From the NCBI GenBank assembly GCA_964252035.1, contig OZ176207.1: a stretch of 64,000 nucleotides of DNA; one strand, 5' to 3'. The DNA comes from Podarcis erhardii. Lineage: Eukaryota. Numbering within the stretch: the first letter of the stretch is position 1; every line of letters starts with the position of its first letter. The notes under the pieces were generated by a model. The model ran no database searches. It was given only the letters and a program-made list of their open reading frames with translations, and was not told the origin of the DNA. Below, piece by piece: positions 49,372 to 60,848 of this stretch. The position numbers and the translations under genes are program-made.

Positions 49372-50282
49372 TGTAAGGCAACTGCTTGAGTTCATAAATA
49401 GCAGTGTCATACCTGAAGCAGAACATTACGTGGGAGAAGAGCTGGAAGGAAACTGGAAGCATGGGCAAATCAGGTAATGCGACTGCCTCGTTTGTTGACA
49501 TAAAAACAGATTTCCACTTAACACGAGTAGGAGGACAAATCCCTGAAATAATACAAGAATACACTGTTTCAGTCAGCACGTGGAATGTCTGGGTGATGTC
49601 CAGGGGTGCTGACTATTTGTCACTTAGCACAACGAAGTCTTTAAGTGACTTGCAACTGATTAAGAGCCCGCCCCCAAAGCACAGCATGTAATCAAAACAA
49701 TATGTTACACTCAAACCATTTCAATAACTCATAAAGAACGCTGTGAAAAAGAACACGAACTTTAGCAGCAAGAGCATTTCTAACAAGTACGCCATCAGCC
49801 AACTTATATGTTGGGAGAAAGTGCCTGGAAGAAAGGTTTTAACTTAGCACTGAAACAGTGTTAATGATTGTGCCAAGCAGAGCTGAGAACATTCCACAGG
49901 TGGGGAGATGCAACCCAAAATATGCTTTCCTTTGTGCTCCAAATCTCCCTCAGGGCATCCAGAGAAAGTGCTCTTGCAACAGCAGTTCTTTCCCTTGCAT
50001 GCTCCCAAAATCGGGGACCGGGTGGGGCAGGAAGGGAGAAGCGCCTTACCACAGCACTTAAGAAATCACCACCTGCCTTCTAGAAGCTGTTTGAAGTGTT
50101 AGATGTACAGAAACCAATTTCAGATTCTGCCACTCATTTAATTGATAATAAATTCTAGGCTTAAGCTATCTTTGGTTTGAGCAAAAGCATTTACAAATTA
50201 GTTCACACACCAAAAATAATGGGAAATTATAAATTTAAAGCACCTGACTAATGGGTCTTTCTTTCTCTCCTGGCTGGGAAAG

Positions 50283-50613
50283 GGCTTGCCAATTGGAAGG
50301 TTGGCAGTTCAAATCTGCACGGCGGGGTGAGCTCCTGTTGCTCTGTCCCAGCTCCTGTCAACCTAGCAGTTCGAAAGCATGCCAGCGCAAGTAGATAAAA
50401 AGTTTACCGCTGCGGTGGGGAAGGTAAACGGCATTTCCATGCACTCTGGCACTCGTCACAGTCCTCTGTGAGCCAGTAGCGGTTTAGTCATGTTGGCCAC
50501 ATGACCTGGAAAACTGCAGACAAACACCAGCTCCCTTGGCCTGAAAAGCAAGATGAGTGCTGCACCCCATAGTCACCTTTGACTGGACTTAACCGTCCAG
50601 GGGTCCCTTTACT
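50283..50613 (+). mobile_element. 5'-truncated Sauria SINE (divergent subfamily)
   Basis: SINE body homology; flanking CTGGGAAAG duplication. Confidence 0.8.
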
Positions 50614-50704
50614 TGCCTGGGAAAGCACTACATCTCAGGTCAGCAGGAGGCTAATCGTTAATAAAATACATGGGACAGGATCCAGCTAAACCGTTATGCT
50701 AGTG

Positions 50705-50948
50705 CATGGGTAGGCAAACTAAGGTCCAGGGGCCGGATCTGGACCTTCTAAATCCAGCCCGCAGATGGTCCGGGAATCAGCGTGTTTTTACATGAGTAGA
50801 ATGTGTGTTTTTATTTAAAATGCATCTCTGGGTTATTTGTGGGGCATAGAAATGTGTTCATATTTCCTCCCAAAAATATAGTCCAGCCCCCCACAGGGTC
50901 TGAGGGACAGTGGACCGGCCCCCTGCTGAAAAAATTTGCTGACCCCTG
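50705..50948. mobile_element. hAT (Charlie-like) MITE
   Basis: 8-bp TSD TGCTAGTG (50697-704, 50949-56); termini CATGGGTAGGCAAA/TTTGCTGACCCCTG. Confidence 0.85.
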
Positions 50949-51068
50949 TGCTAGTGCAAGGACTTTTAGCTGTGCACTGGAATCTCCCCACCTTCTCCTC
51001 TGGCAACCCTTTAAAATTCACTCCGGATTCCCATTTCTTGCTTGTCCCATGTAAGGGCTTGAATTTGC

Positions 51069-51486
51069 TAGCCGACCTAACCGGAAGAGTCCGCGACCAG
51101 AAGGAGGAGGAGTATCAGGAAGAGTGGAATAAATTTAATGATTATCTAGTTAAATTTGTTAAGTTAAATTAACTGAAAATAGCTTGCAGATACTTAATTG
51201 GCTTAGGATTTTATTTATGTTAAGTGATGAATTAATATGTTTAATTCCATAAGGTGAAGATTTAAGGATGTTAATGTTTAAGTTAAATTTCATAAGAATT
51301 GGGATTTGGAAAACCGTTAAAAGGACATGCAATGAAATTCAACCAAGGGGAAGCGGGGAAGTCACTTAACAAAGTTAGTAATTGTAATTTTCAATAAGGC
51401 TATGATTTATGTTTGTTTGTCTTGTGTGTTTGTTTGTTTGTTTATAATATTGTGAAAACTAACTAAAAAAATTGGGGGGGGGGAGA
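51069..51486 (+). mobile_element. 5'-truncated L1-like LINE 3' end
   Basis: Residual ORF end ADLTGRVRDQKEEEYQEEWNKFNDYL-stop (same pattern as 5842-6368), AT-rich 3'UTR, TSD GAATTTGC (51061-68, 51487-94). Confidence 0.7.
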
Positions 51487-52170
51487 GAATTTGCAGCTGA
51501 GCTGAAGTAGTACTTCTTAATAAAGGGTGATTACTCAGAAAATGTGTTTCGTTGGCACGTAACTGATGAGTAGTAGGGGGGAAATATTTAAAGGATAGGG
51601 TTTTTAAAAAAGTAAGCTATATCCCCTACCCCAAAAAAGACTTAATGTCCTATATATAGCAATGTGAAAAGACAGGAGGAGAGTGGTTTCTTCATTCCTT
51701 CCCCACCCACCCATGGGGGCCATGACCAGGGCTTCTGGGCTCTGGTCTTTCCACTTGGGGGCTAAGGGTGCACTTTGCGGGGTGAGTCCTTGCTTATGAG
51801 TAGAAAATCCAAATCCTTGCAAACTGCAAAATTAGGAAGTGCCACTAGGTGGTAACATGTAGCAAGAGAAGGGTTTTGTAGCAATCTTAATAGGTGTGTG
51901 GGGGGGGGGGGATGCACAGCTTCAGATTTAATAAGAAAATTGCCACCATCCCTTTCTGCTTAGTAAATTTCTACAGTGAAGCACTAATAGTGGCTCAATT
52001 AGCCTAATTCAATGACACAATATCTGCTTCATTCAAATATTTCTGAGGAGGGGAGGAGGCAAGATGATCGCACTTTCTTTTAAGTCTCACCCCCCCACAC
52101 ACACACTTAATTTTAATACTGTTTTTAGAGGACTATCCTGTACCCAGTTGCTTGCAATTAAGCTGCACTG

Positions 52171-52755
52171 GGATGCAGGTGGCGCTGTGGGTTAAACCAC
52201 AGAGCCTAGGACTTGCCGATCAGAAGGTCGGCAGTTCGAATCTTTGTGACGGGGTGAGCTCCCGTTGCTCGGTCCCAGCTCCTGCCAACCTAGCACCTGT
52301 TTTAAGCAGCATTGTAAAAGTAAAGGGAGTTGCACCAAACCATAAGGAAAACACACATCCTTATTAGTGCAATTCCATTATTAGTCCTATCTACTGCAAA
52401 ATAGGAATGTGGGTGGCGCTGTGGGTTGAACCAGAGCCTAGGACTTGCCGATCAGAAGGTCGGCGGTTCAAATCCCCACGACAGGGTGAGCTCCCGTTGC
52501 TCAGTCCCTGCTTCTGCCAACCTAGCAGTTCCAAAGCACCTCAAAGTGCAAGTAGATAAATAGGTACCACTCCGGCAGGAAGGTAAACGGCGTTTCCGTG
52601 CGCTGCTCTGGTTTGCCAGAAGCGGCTTCGTCATGCTGGCCACATGACCCAGAAGCTGTATGCCGGCTCCCTCAGCCAATAAAGCGAGATGAGCACCGCA
52701 ACCCCAGAGTTGGTCACGACTGGACCTAATGGTCAGGGGTCCCTTTACTTTTACC
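52171..52755 (+). mobile_element. Composite Sauria SINE: SINE head + captured intronic DNA + full SINE
   Basis: One 12-bp TSD TAAGCTGCACTG (52159-70, 52756-67) encloses a head (52171-52294), 111 bp matching 34120-34230 (reverse complement) and a full SINE (52405-52755). Confidence 0.88.
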
Positions 52756-52854
52756 TAAGCTGCACTGAACTCAGTGGGACATACTGCTGAATGGGAATGC
52801 ATAGGATTGCATTGTTAATTGCCTATTCACCTTATCTCTCTCTTTCTCTCTTAC

Positions 52855-52855
<1 letters not shown>

Positions 52856-52888
<33 letters not shown>
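52856..52888. repeat. (AC)n microsatellite
   Basis: Direct inspection. Confidence 0.9.
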
Positions 52889-52890
<2 letters not shown>

Positions 52891-53106
52891 GTAGAATTAA
52901 AACATGTCACACTGCCCACACCCAGCTTTATGAAGCATATTTCTAACTTATTGGAACACACTTCTAAAAATGGTTTGGAGATTGCATAGATTATCAATGA
53001 ATTCCTTAAATCTTAAAAACAGTTTGGCAATGAATCTTCGTCCTGATTCTAATTTCAGTGTCTGGTCAGGGCTCTGGAAAATGAGGGACAATTTCTGCTT
53101 TAATAA

Positions 53107-53539
53107 ATTTCCCAATAGTGATGTATGGAAGTGGGAGCTGGATCATAAATAAGGCTGATCGCCAAAGAATTGATGCTTTTGAATTATGGTGCTGGGGGAG
53201 ATTCTTGAGAGTCCCATGGACTGCAAGAAGATCAAACCTATCCATTCTGAAGGAAATCAGCCCTGAGTGCTCATTGGAAGGACAGATCCTGAAGCTGAGG
53301 CTCCAATACTTTGGCCACCTCATGAGAAGAGAAGACTCCATGGGAATGACCCTGATGTTGGGAAAGATGGAGGGCACAAGGAGAAGGGGACGACAGAGGA
53401 TGAGATGGTTGGATACTGTTCTTGAAGCTACCAGCATGAGTTTGACCAAACTGCGAGAGGCAGTGGAAGACAGGAGTGCCTGGCGTGCTCTGGTCCATGG
53501 GGTCACGAAGAGTCGGACACAACTAAACAACAACAACAA
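53107..53539 (+). mobile_element. Bov-B (RTE) LINE 3' fragment
   Basis: RIDAFELWCW..LRVPWTARRSN.SILKEISPECSLEG..LKL.LQYFGHLMRR...RGRQRMRWLD...WRALVHGVTKSRT, the Bov-B C-terminus; (CAA)n tail. Confidence 0.92.
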
Positions 53540-54547
53540 TTGGTCTGGCAGTTGTATCTTTCTTCAACACTGGTGATATGGCAGCTTTCTCTACTGAGGC
53601 TGGAGGCAAGCTGGCTAACTTAAGGGTGTGGGGGTCAGGTAGATGGCTTGGCTGTAGAATGGGTTAAAAATCTGATACAGTTTGCATTTACAGTTCCTCC
53701 AACCTAATTCATACTTTTCAGAATGGTAAATGAATCAAAATGTAACCAGCCTTTGGAATTTGCACTTTCAAATTTTGCAGTGCACTTCACCAGTCAAGTA
53801 ATGTGTACCAAAAATTGCATATAGAAAGGTAACGTGCATGTAAGAATGCACATAGGTGAAAACATATTATATGTAGAGATAATTGCTTTGTAAAAATGTG
53901 AATATTAGGCAAATGTGCATGCAAACACATGTATATTAGGATAAATTTGCTGGTGAATTTTCATTAGGACTTGAACAGAATTGCAACTGATGGGCAAATG
54001 GAGAAGTGAACTTAATATCGAAGAAAAAAGAGAAACTGACATTGACAGATTTGCCCATACTTATTTGGCCCCCACAACTTTGAACGTTTAGCATTCCCTG
54101 CCCCATTGCATTAACCTCATTGATGAGAGCACCATAAACAGATAAGTGCAGAAATGGAAATGACTGGCAGATTTCCTCCCTCGGTTTTGTAGGGGTTTCA
54201 TATTACTTTTTCCGGCATAGTGATCAGCATGTTAATTGGTCACTAGCAAGTTAAAAACTGTGAGAATGGCCACTCAATTTAATTTATTTCAGCTTCCTGA
54301 CCAACACTGAAATGAACCCTGTCTAGAATCATCAAAAAATCATAGTTTAAATCAGCCAAGATGCATAAATTCATATGAATGTTTTCAGATGCAAACGTGT
54401 CATAGTAGGCAACCTCTTAGAAATCTATATTTTTTATTCTCTGTGAGAAAAAAGAGGGAAAATACATTAAGAAGGTTCTACCAATTGTAGTTTTATAAGT
54501 GTATGTCTGTTGCTACCCAGTTCATTGGGTGAAAGATTCTTTCCTTG

Positions 54548-54606
54548 CAGGGAGTTGGACTAGATGATTATCGTGGCCCCTTCCAATTCTACAATTCTAT
54601 GATTCT
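54548..54606 (+). mobile_element. CR1-type 3' tail fragment
   Basis: GGAGTTGGACTAGATGAT...CCCTTCCAATTCTACAATTCTATGATTCT. Confidence 0.65.
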
Positions 54607-56802
54607 AAGTTCCCAACTCTGATACAGCCCCAATACACCATTACAAGTTGCTCAGCCTAGTGCAGCTGGCTGGGCTGAATCTGGTTGCCCTAAGGATGGT
54701 TTTAGCCCCCAAAAGGGGCATTCTGGGTGTGGTGTGACCAGACGGAGCCTTAGGCTGAATCCTAAACCCATTCAGCTCTGTTATATGTCCCAACACAGAA
54801 CAGCATTTTAAAGGCTTGTTTTCTGCGATCCAGGCTTTGGAAGAGTAGCAGTAGCCCCTTCGGATCTGGTGTAACTTTACAACAGCTTAGCTTACACTGG
54901 CTTGCTTTATGTCTGCTTATTCTTGTGCTTGATATTGCTCCTTTAATATTTGCACTACTGGAAAAACTGATTTGAAGACAAGTTTCTGAATAAAGTATCT
55001 ACATACTCTTTCTGGATGCAAGTATTATTCCTGTTGCTCCCTTCTCCATCCTAGCTTTTGCCTTGATCAACATATTTTTATACTATATTTTTTATACTAT
55101 CCCTGCCCATTTATTTGTTATCGTGTTGTGTCTTTTAACATGTAAGCCTGAGGGGTAAAACTTCTGATCTTTGTAAGCTACCTTGGGAACATTTGTTTTA
55201 GAGTAGGTAGATATAATGCACTGATATTCATGGGTACAAGCTATCTCATGTTCCAACAGTGCTTTGGAATCCAATCTTATTCTTTTTTTTATTCTTTTTT
55301 TTTTACAAAATCTTTCAATGTCATCTCTCTAGGATAACTGTATTAATGACAGGGATTTTGGTATGCCCTCTTTCTGGCAGTTCTTGAATGAATTGATTTT
55401 AACAATTCTGTCAGACAAGGTGAGTTACTTTCCCAGTGCTTCTAAGCCTATTACTGGAACAAAACTCCAACATTTGATTACAAATGGCTCAAAAGTTTGC
55501 TTAATGCAGCAAGCTTTTGATATTAGATTCACAACATACATTTAAAGCACACACATTTAAAACACATGACTTCCCTTAAAGAGTCATGAGAACTGCAGCT
55601 CCCCCCGCCGAGTTATGATTCCCTGCATCCTTAACAAAGCTGCATATTTTATTTCACTCATATCTTATTTTTATTAGACTCATACCTACCAGTAAAAGCA
55701 AACTTTTGAATTACACGAAACCTCATAATAGGCAAAAAATAAAAATATTTTTGAGTTTTGTGTAATAGAGAAACTAGAATTTACCATATGCTGTTTCAAG
55801 ATAAGGCATTCTATTTGTTCGGTTACCAGCAGCATTATTTTAATTTAATTTATTACCTGCCCCTCAGCCTAAGGTCACAAGGCAGGTTACAGCTATTTAA
55901 AAGCTTATAATGAAAAAAATGCAATCACAGAAATATTACCTTTTAAAAATAAACATTGGAAGTGCAGGAAAACAAAGGTCAAAATCTGTTGACCCTGTAC
56001 AGATGCTTGTCAAGTTCTACAAACATTAGGAATTTTGTTTTATTTTTTCAAAATGAAAGTTTGGAATCAGGATTACGGTTCATGTAGGGTGAAGTTACAT
56101 GCCAGGTAGGGGGCAGCTCCACAGTTCACACAGGAACAGCCCCATGCCCCTACCATCCTCCATACTTATTTCACCCTTCATCAACCTGGTGCCCACCGGA
56201 TACAGCTAGACTACAGCTGTGCTGCCTTGGGCTGATGGGAATTTGGAGTCCAGCAATATCTGGAGAGCACCAGCTTGGAGATAGCTGCCTTATTGCTTAG
56301 CTTGGGGCTTATTGTAAGGTCTTTCAGCTTGCCTTCTAGGTCAAAAGCCCTCAAAAAGGCAACTTCCACAGAACATAAATGATGCTTCTATCAAAAACAG
56401 AGCAAGACAAATGAGGCATCCTGCAGCAGAATAGAAAAGAGGCATTGGGGAGCCAGCAATATGTAATGGCGGTAAAGTCCTCAGACCCTCCAAGTGTCCC
56501 TATTTTCCAGGGACAGTCCTGGATTTACAGAAGCTCGTCCCTGTTTCTGATTTGATCCCGGAATGTCTCGCTTTCCCTTAGGGTGTTCCTATTTTCATCA
56601 AAGGTTTGTTGGAGGTTATGGTAGGATGTCCCTATTTTAAAGTAAATGATTTTGATTAAAGATTTCCACGAATTACAAAAGAACGTGCAATGTCTCTCTT
56701 TGTTGTTCAGATTATAAAGTCTTTTGGTTACGTTCAATGTAAGACAATATGGTATCCAGAGATGTTTTAGGCCGGGTATGGAGTTATGCAACCCCAGACC
56801 AG

Positions 56803-56905
56803 TCTGAAGGCAGCCCTGTATAGGGAAGTTTTTAAATGTTTAATTATGTTTTTATATATGTTGGAAGCTGTCCAGAGTGACTGGGGCAACCCAGTCAGAT
56901 GGAAA
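56803..56905 (+). mobile_element. L2-type LINE 3' tail (diverged)
   Basis: CTGAAGGCAGCCCTGTATAGGGAAGTTTTTAA...GGAAGCTGTCCAGAGTGACTGGGGCAACCCAGTCAGATGG. Confidence 0.65.
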
Positions 56906-57339
56906 ACAACAACAACAACATAGGTGCTTTTTCTGTGGGGAAATAGGGGAACTCACCATGAAATTTGTTTTATTTCTTGTGAGCCCAGCTGCACTGCTGC
57001 ATATAACCTCCACCCCCAAGCAGTGGCTAAATGTAAAATGTGATTAGTAAACTCAAGCAGACAATGATCTGGATTAGAAATGGCCACAACTTTATTGATT
57101 AAAGATAGAGGTGGATTTCTGGCTCAGAAATCTGTTCCAGACCCACCAGAAAATAATAATAATTATTTAGTTTTAACGTTCCTACTCAAAAAAACTAATA
57201 ATAATAATAATAATAATAATAAAAGAAGAAGAAGAATACGGTGTCCCTATTTTCATTGGAGAAATGTTGGAGGGTGTTAAGTCCTGAGAACTGAGGAGTT
57301 TTGAGAACGGGCGTTTTGCATGTTGTAAAAAATATATAT

Positions 57340-59230
57340 ATATAATGAATGCATGATGCGCACAGACCAGGCAAAAAAGAAGCCAAAATAAACTCTTAAA
57401 AGGCAGAAAGCGGGTAAAGGAGGCCACACAGCCGACTCTCAACCTGCCCCTGACGCCGCCTGAGGAAGGGGACGGGACTTCTGAGCCGCTTCCCTTCCCT
57501 TCCCTTCCCCAGCGCGCCAAAAGCCCTCGAGTGGCGCCTTCGAGAGAAGGCGGGAATAAATCATCGTCAGGATGCCGAGCGCGGAAATTGCTCCACAAGC
57601 TCGCGTGGAGCCGCCCAAGTTGCAAGTCGGGGGTGGGGTGGGGGGATATCGATGGGAGTTTGCCGCCAGAAGTGTAAGCCCCCCCCCCTTTTCTTTTTCA
57701 TTTTAAATACCCACACGCGCCACGACTTCTAAGCCTCCCTCAGACACGCTCTCAGACGCATCACCCGGGCAAGGAATGGCCTGGTGGCCCCTTCAGTTTT
57801 GACCTCCTAAGAGGAAAATTTTTATTATTATTATTATTATTTTAAAAAACCCCAGTTCTCAATTCTACAGGGGGGGGGGGGCGGGAGAGGCTCTTGGCGG
57901 GAAACAGGCTAAAACCCCCGGGCAAGTTGCCTGCTCGCCCCGCGTGGCATGAGACCTTGCAGGATGAAACTGTAGGTGACGCGGTTGCTTTTAAAACCGG
58001 CCCTGCTTCTGCCTCGAAGCATTTTCCCGGGCCGTGGGTGGACTGAAAAAACCGTCCCTCTTTTTTTATGCACAAATTCCCCTAAACCAAGGCAGAAGGG
58101 AGAAATCCAGTTTCGCGTCCTTCCCTCCCCCCCCCCAAAAAAAAGAATAAGGGGAAGAAAAGGGTACGCCATCCTGTTTCCCTTCTGCCCGCGGTTTTCA
58201 CACCGCTCAATTTTATATTCTTATTTTTGTTCCGTTCCACCTCATGCATGGGCACTCTGTGTAGCCTCAGTTTCCCCATCTGTAAACGAGTTTTATTGCA
58301 AGGCGCTCCCCCCCCCCCCGTTCAGTAGGGGGAAAAAGTGCTTAGAAGCCCCTTTTCTCTCACAAAATGGCTCTTAACGGCGCCTTAAGAGCACGGGACG
58401 AGCCGCTGAATAACCTGAAATTTAAAAAGAAGCCCATGAAAACAAAAGAAGGAAAATGAATGGCGGGGAAGGAGGAAAGAAAGGAAAACCTCCAGAGAGT
58501 GCGCGCGGGGAAAAAGCAGCTTTGCCGCCTTTTCCCTCACCGTGGACCACCCACCCTCAGACCCCCCCCCCCGAAATTGCGGGTGCAAAAGCAAGACGCA
58601 AGTCGGAGGAGGCGAGCGAGTGCAAACACAAGGAGAACAAATGGGTTGGTTTGTTTCTTCTCTCTCTCTCTCTCTCTCTCTCTCTTCCCCCCCTTTTCTT
58701 GAATGAACGGCGAGGTGGGGCCAGAGGGAAGCCGCCCCATTTGCTGAGCCCCGGAGCGTGAGAGCGGCTCGCCTCGACTCTCCGCCCCCTTGGGCTTCTG
58801 CATCGAGGGCGCTTCCCCTGCCCCCGGGACCTCCCCAACAGCCGCCGGAGCGCCGAGCCGAACGCAGCTCAGCCAGCGCATCCAATCTGCAGCCCGGGCT
58901 GGAGAAGGAGGAGGCGCCTCGTGACTGGGAAGCATTGCGCGGCAGCCTGGGGTAGCAAGGGCGGTGGGGGGTGGGGTGGGGGGGGTGGCGGCCAGGACCA
59001 ATTAATACCTCTGAGACACGCCCCTTTGCCTCCTGGGATCTCTTCCTCCTCTCCCTATATATTACACACGCGCGCGCAACACAAAAAAACCTGTGCTGTT
59101 TTTTTTAATGGTGGGGGGTACTGTATTTTCCTCTCCCCATCCGGAGTTTAGCAGTAGAAAAAGGTGGTTCATTCCAGATTTGCGCGCGCGCGCGTGTGTG
59201 GCATCTAAGTGGAGGGAGATCCGCGTCTGA
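57340..59230 (+). promoter_or_regulatory. BCL2 upstream CpG-rich promoter region (P1-equivalent)
   Basis: GC/CpG-rich, G-run and (CT)n tracts 1-3 kb upstream of the BCL2 ATG, where mammalian P1 lies. The TSS cannot be fixed from sequence. Confidence 0.7.
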
Positions 59231-59631
59231 ATGAAACATTTTTTAAAATTATTTTTTAAAGAAATCTAAACAGCAGGGATTTAAACATGAGGTTTTTTTT
59301 AATGATGCTTTTCAGAAATTTCCTCGTTTTCGTCCTTGGGCTTTTCCTGAAGTTCAGCGGCAGGGATTGCTGAGACTTGGGGCATAGCTTTGGAAATGTC
59401 ATTCAAACGGGAGCCTTGTGAGGCTTTCTGGAAATCATAGCAACTCAACGGTATCTGAAGATATTCCACACTCTTCCCTTATTCTTTTTCTCCCCCCCCA
59501 CCCCACTTTTTTGGGGGGGAATCATCAAAGAAACTACTGCATTTCATTTTTGTAGAGGACCTGCGACTGTTTGGATTTATTTATTTATTTTCCCTGCAAG
59601 GAAACTTGACAGAAAAGTAGATTTATTTCAA

Positions 59632-59952
59632 GTAAGTGCTTTTTTGTTTGTTTTTTCCCCACAGGCAATTTGCTTTGGGTAACTTTATTTCATTTCATGG
59701 TGGTGGTGGTTGGTTCCCTTTAAGCACTGGTTGAGGGTCTTTAGTTGAATGTGCTTTGCATGAATTTGCATTAGAGGTTGCTCTGCTTTAGTAAATCACA
59801 TATTGGATGTCAGGAGGGGTTTTTTTTTTTTGTTTGGAATGTGTGCCCAGCAGTCTCCTTCATTCATGTCCTAGTCTATAGCAGCATGTAGGAGGGGTGT
59901 ATGTGTGGAAATGCACCTGACTTTGAATAAGCATCTGATTTTCTTATTTCAG
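59632..59952 (+). other. BCL2 5'UTR intron (321 bp)
   Basis: TTCAA|GTAAGT donor and TTTTCTTATTTCAG acceptor. As I recall the human gene, the flanks (AAGGAAACTTGACAGA before, CACAGAGGA after) match its short 5'UTR intron. Confidence 0.75.
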
Positions 59953-60133
59953 ATGCATTTCAACACAGAGGACGGAACGCCTCTGCAAATACGCTTCATA
60001 ATAAATATTACATGTGGAATACAGTACTGGCTGCATTTTAAATCCGGTTTCCACCGTGCATCGCAAACTGAGGAGGGAAACACTGGGAAGGCGGAAATAC
60101 CTTTGAGACCCTGAGGACTGCCCCATACCTCAA

Positions 60134-60176
60134 CCAATGGAACTGCATAGAATAAAACAACTGGATTATATATAAA
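60134..60176 (+). promoter_or_regulatory. BCL2 P2-like CCAAT/TATA promoter overlapping a short uORF
   Basis: CCAAT 60134-38, TTATATATAAA 60166-76; uORF ATG 60137 to TAA 60175 (MELHRIKQLDYI). Confidence 0.65.
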
Positions 60177-60290
60177 CACTGGCACTTACTATTACTGGCT
60201 GCTTTATTTTGGGGGGGGCGGGAGGGGGGACACTCCATCCGCTTCTGCATATATTTTTCCCCTCCTTTCCCCTACTCCTTGCTATAAATG

Positions 60291-60848
60291 ATGGCTCAGA
60301 CTGGGATAAGAGGTTACGACACAAGAGAGATAGTGCAGACGTACATCCATTACAAGCTGTCGCAGAAAGGATATGACTGGGTTGCCAGTGAAGACAGAGA
60401 AGACCTTCCTTCTCCTCCTCCTCCAGATCCTGCTGCTGCAGAGACCTTCCCTAACCTTGCTAGGCTGGCATCTCATCCTTCCGAGCTGCCTGTAAGTAAC
60501 GTCGCCCCGGCTGGCGGACCGCATCCTGCGCCACAGGTTGTCCACGCGACTTTACGTCAAGCTGGGGATGAGTTTTCGCGGCGTTACAGGAGGGATTTTG
60601 CTCAGATGTCTGGACAGCTGCACTTGACCCCGGTCACTGCCAGAGCTCGCTTTGCGGCAGTTGTCGAAGAGCTCTTCCGAGACGGGGTGAACTGGGGGAG
60701 GATTGTGGCGTTCTTTGAGTTTGGTGGCATGATGTGCGTGGAGAGCGTCAGCCGGGAGATGTCGCCCCTTGTGGACAATATCACAGTGTGGATGACTGAC
60801 TACCTGAACAGGCACCTGGACAACTGGATCCAAGACAATGGAGGCTGG
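60291..60848 (+). CDS. BCL2: BCL2 first coding exon (BH4, loop, BH3, BH1, BH2); the TM-encoding exon lies beyond the window
   Basis: [28 protein letters not shown] (BH4), [12 protein letters not shown] (BH3), [20 protein letters not shown] (BH1), WIQDNGGW (BH2); donor GTATGT at 60849. An in-frame ATG also lies at 60288. Confidence 0.97.

Noticed and set aside
53640-54060. AT-rich segment resembling an old non-autonomous DNA transposon (also 56485-56640)
   Set aside because: Termini too degenerate to define boundaries or family without a database.
57842-59151. Many overlapping ORFs on both strands upstream of BCL2
   Set aside because: GC-rich promoter and microsatellite translations (EREREREE, SLSLSL); no coherent protein.
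60284-60289. TATAAA directly before the BCL2 ATG
   Set aside because: It overlaps the start codons and leaves no room for a 5'UTR; the 60166 TATA is the better candidate.
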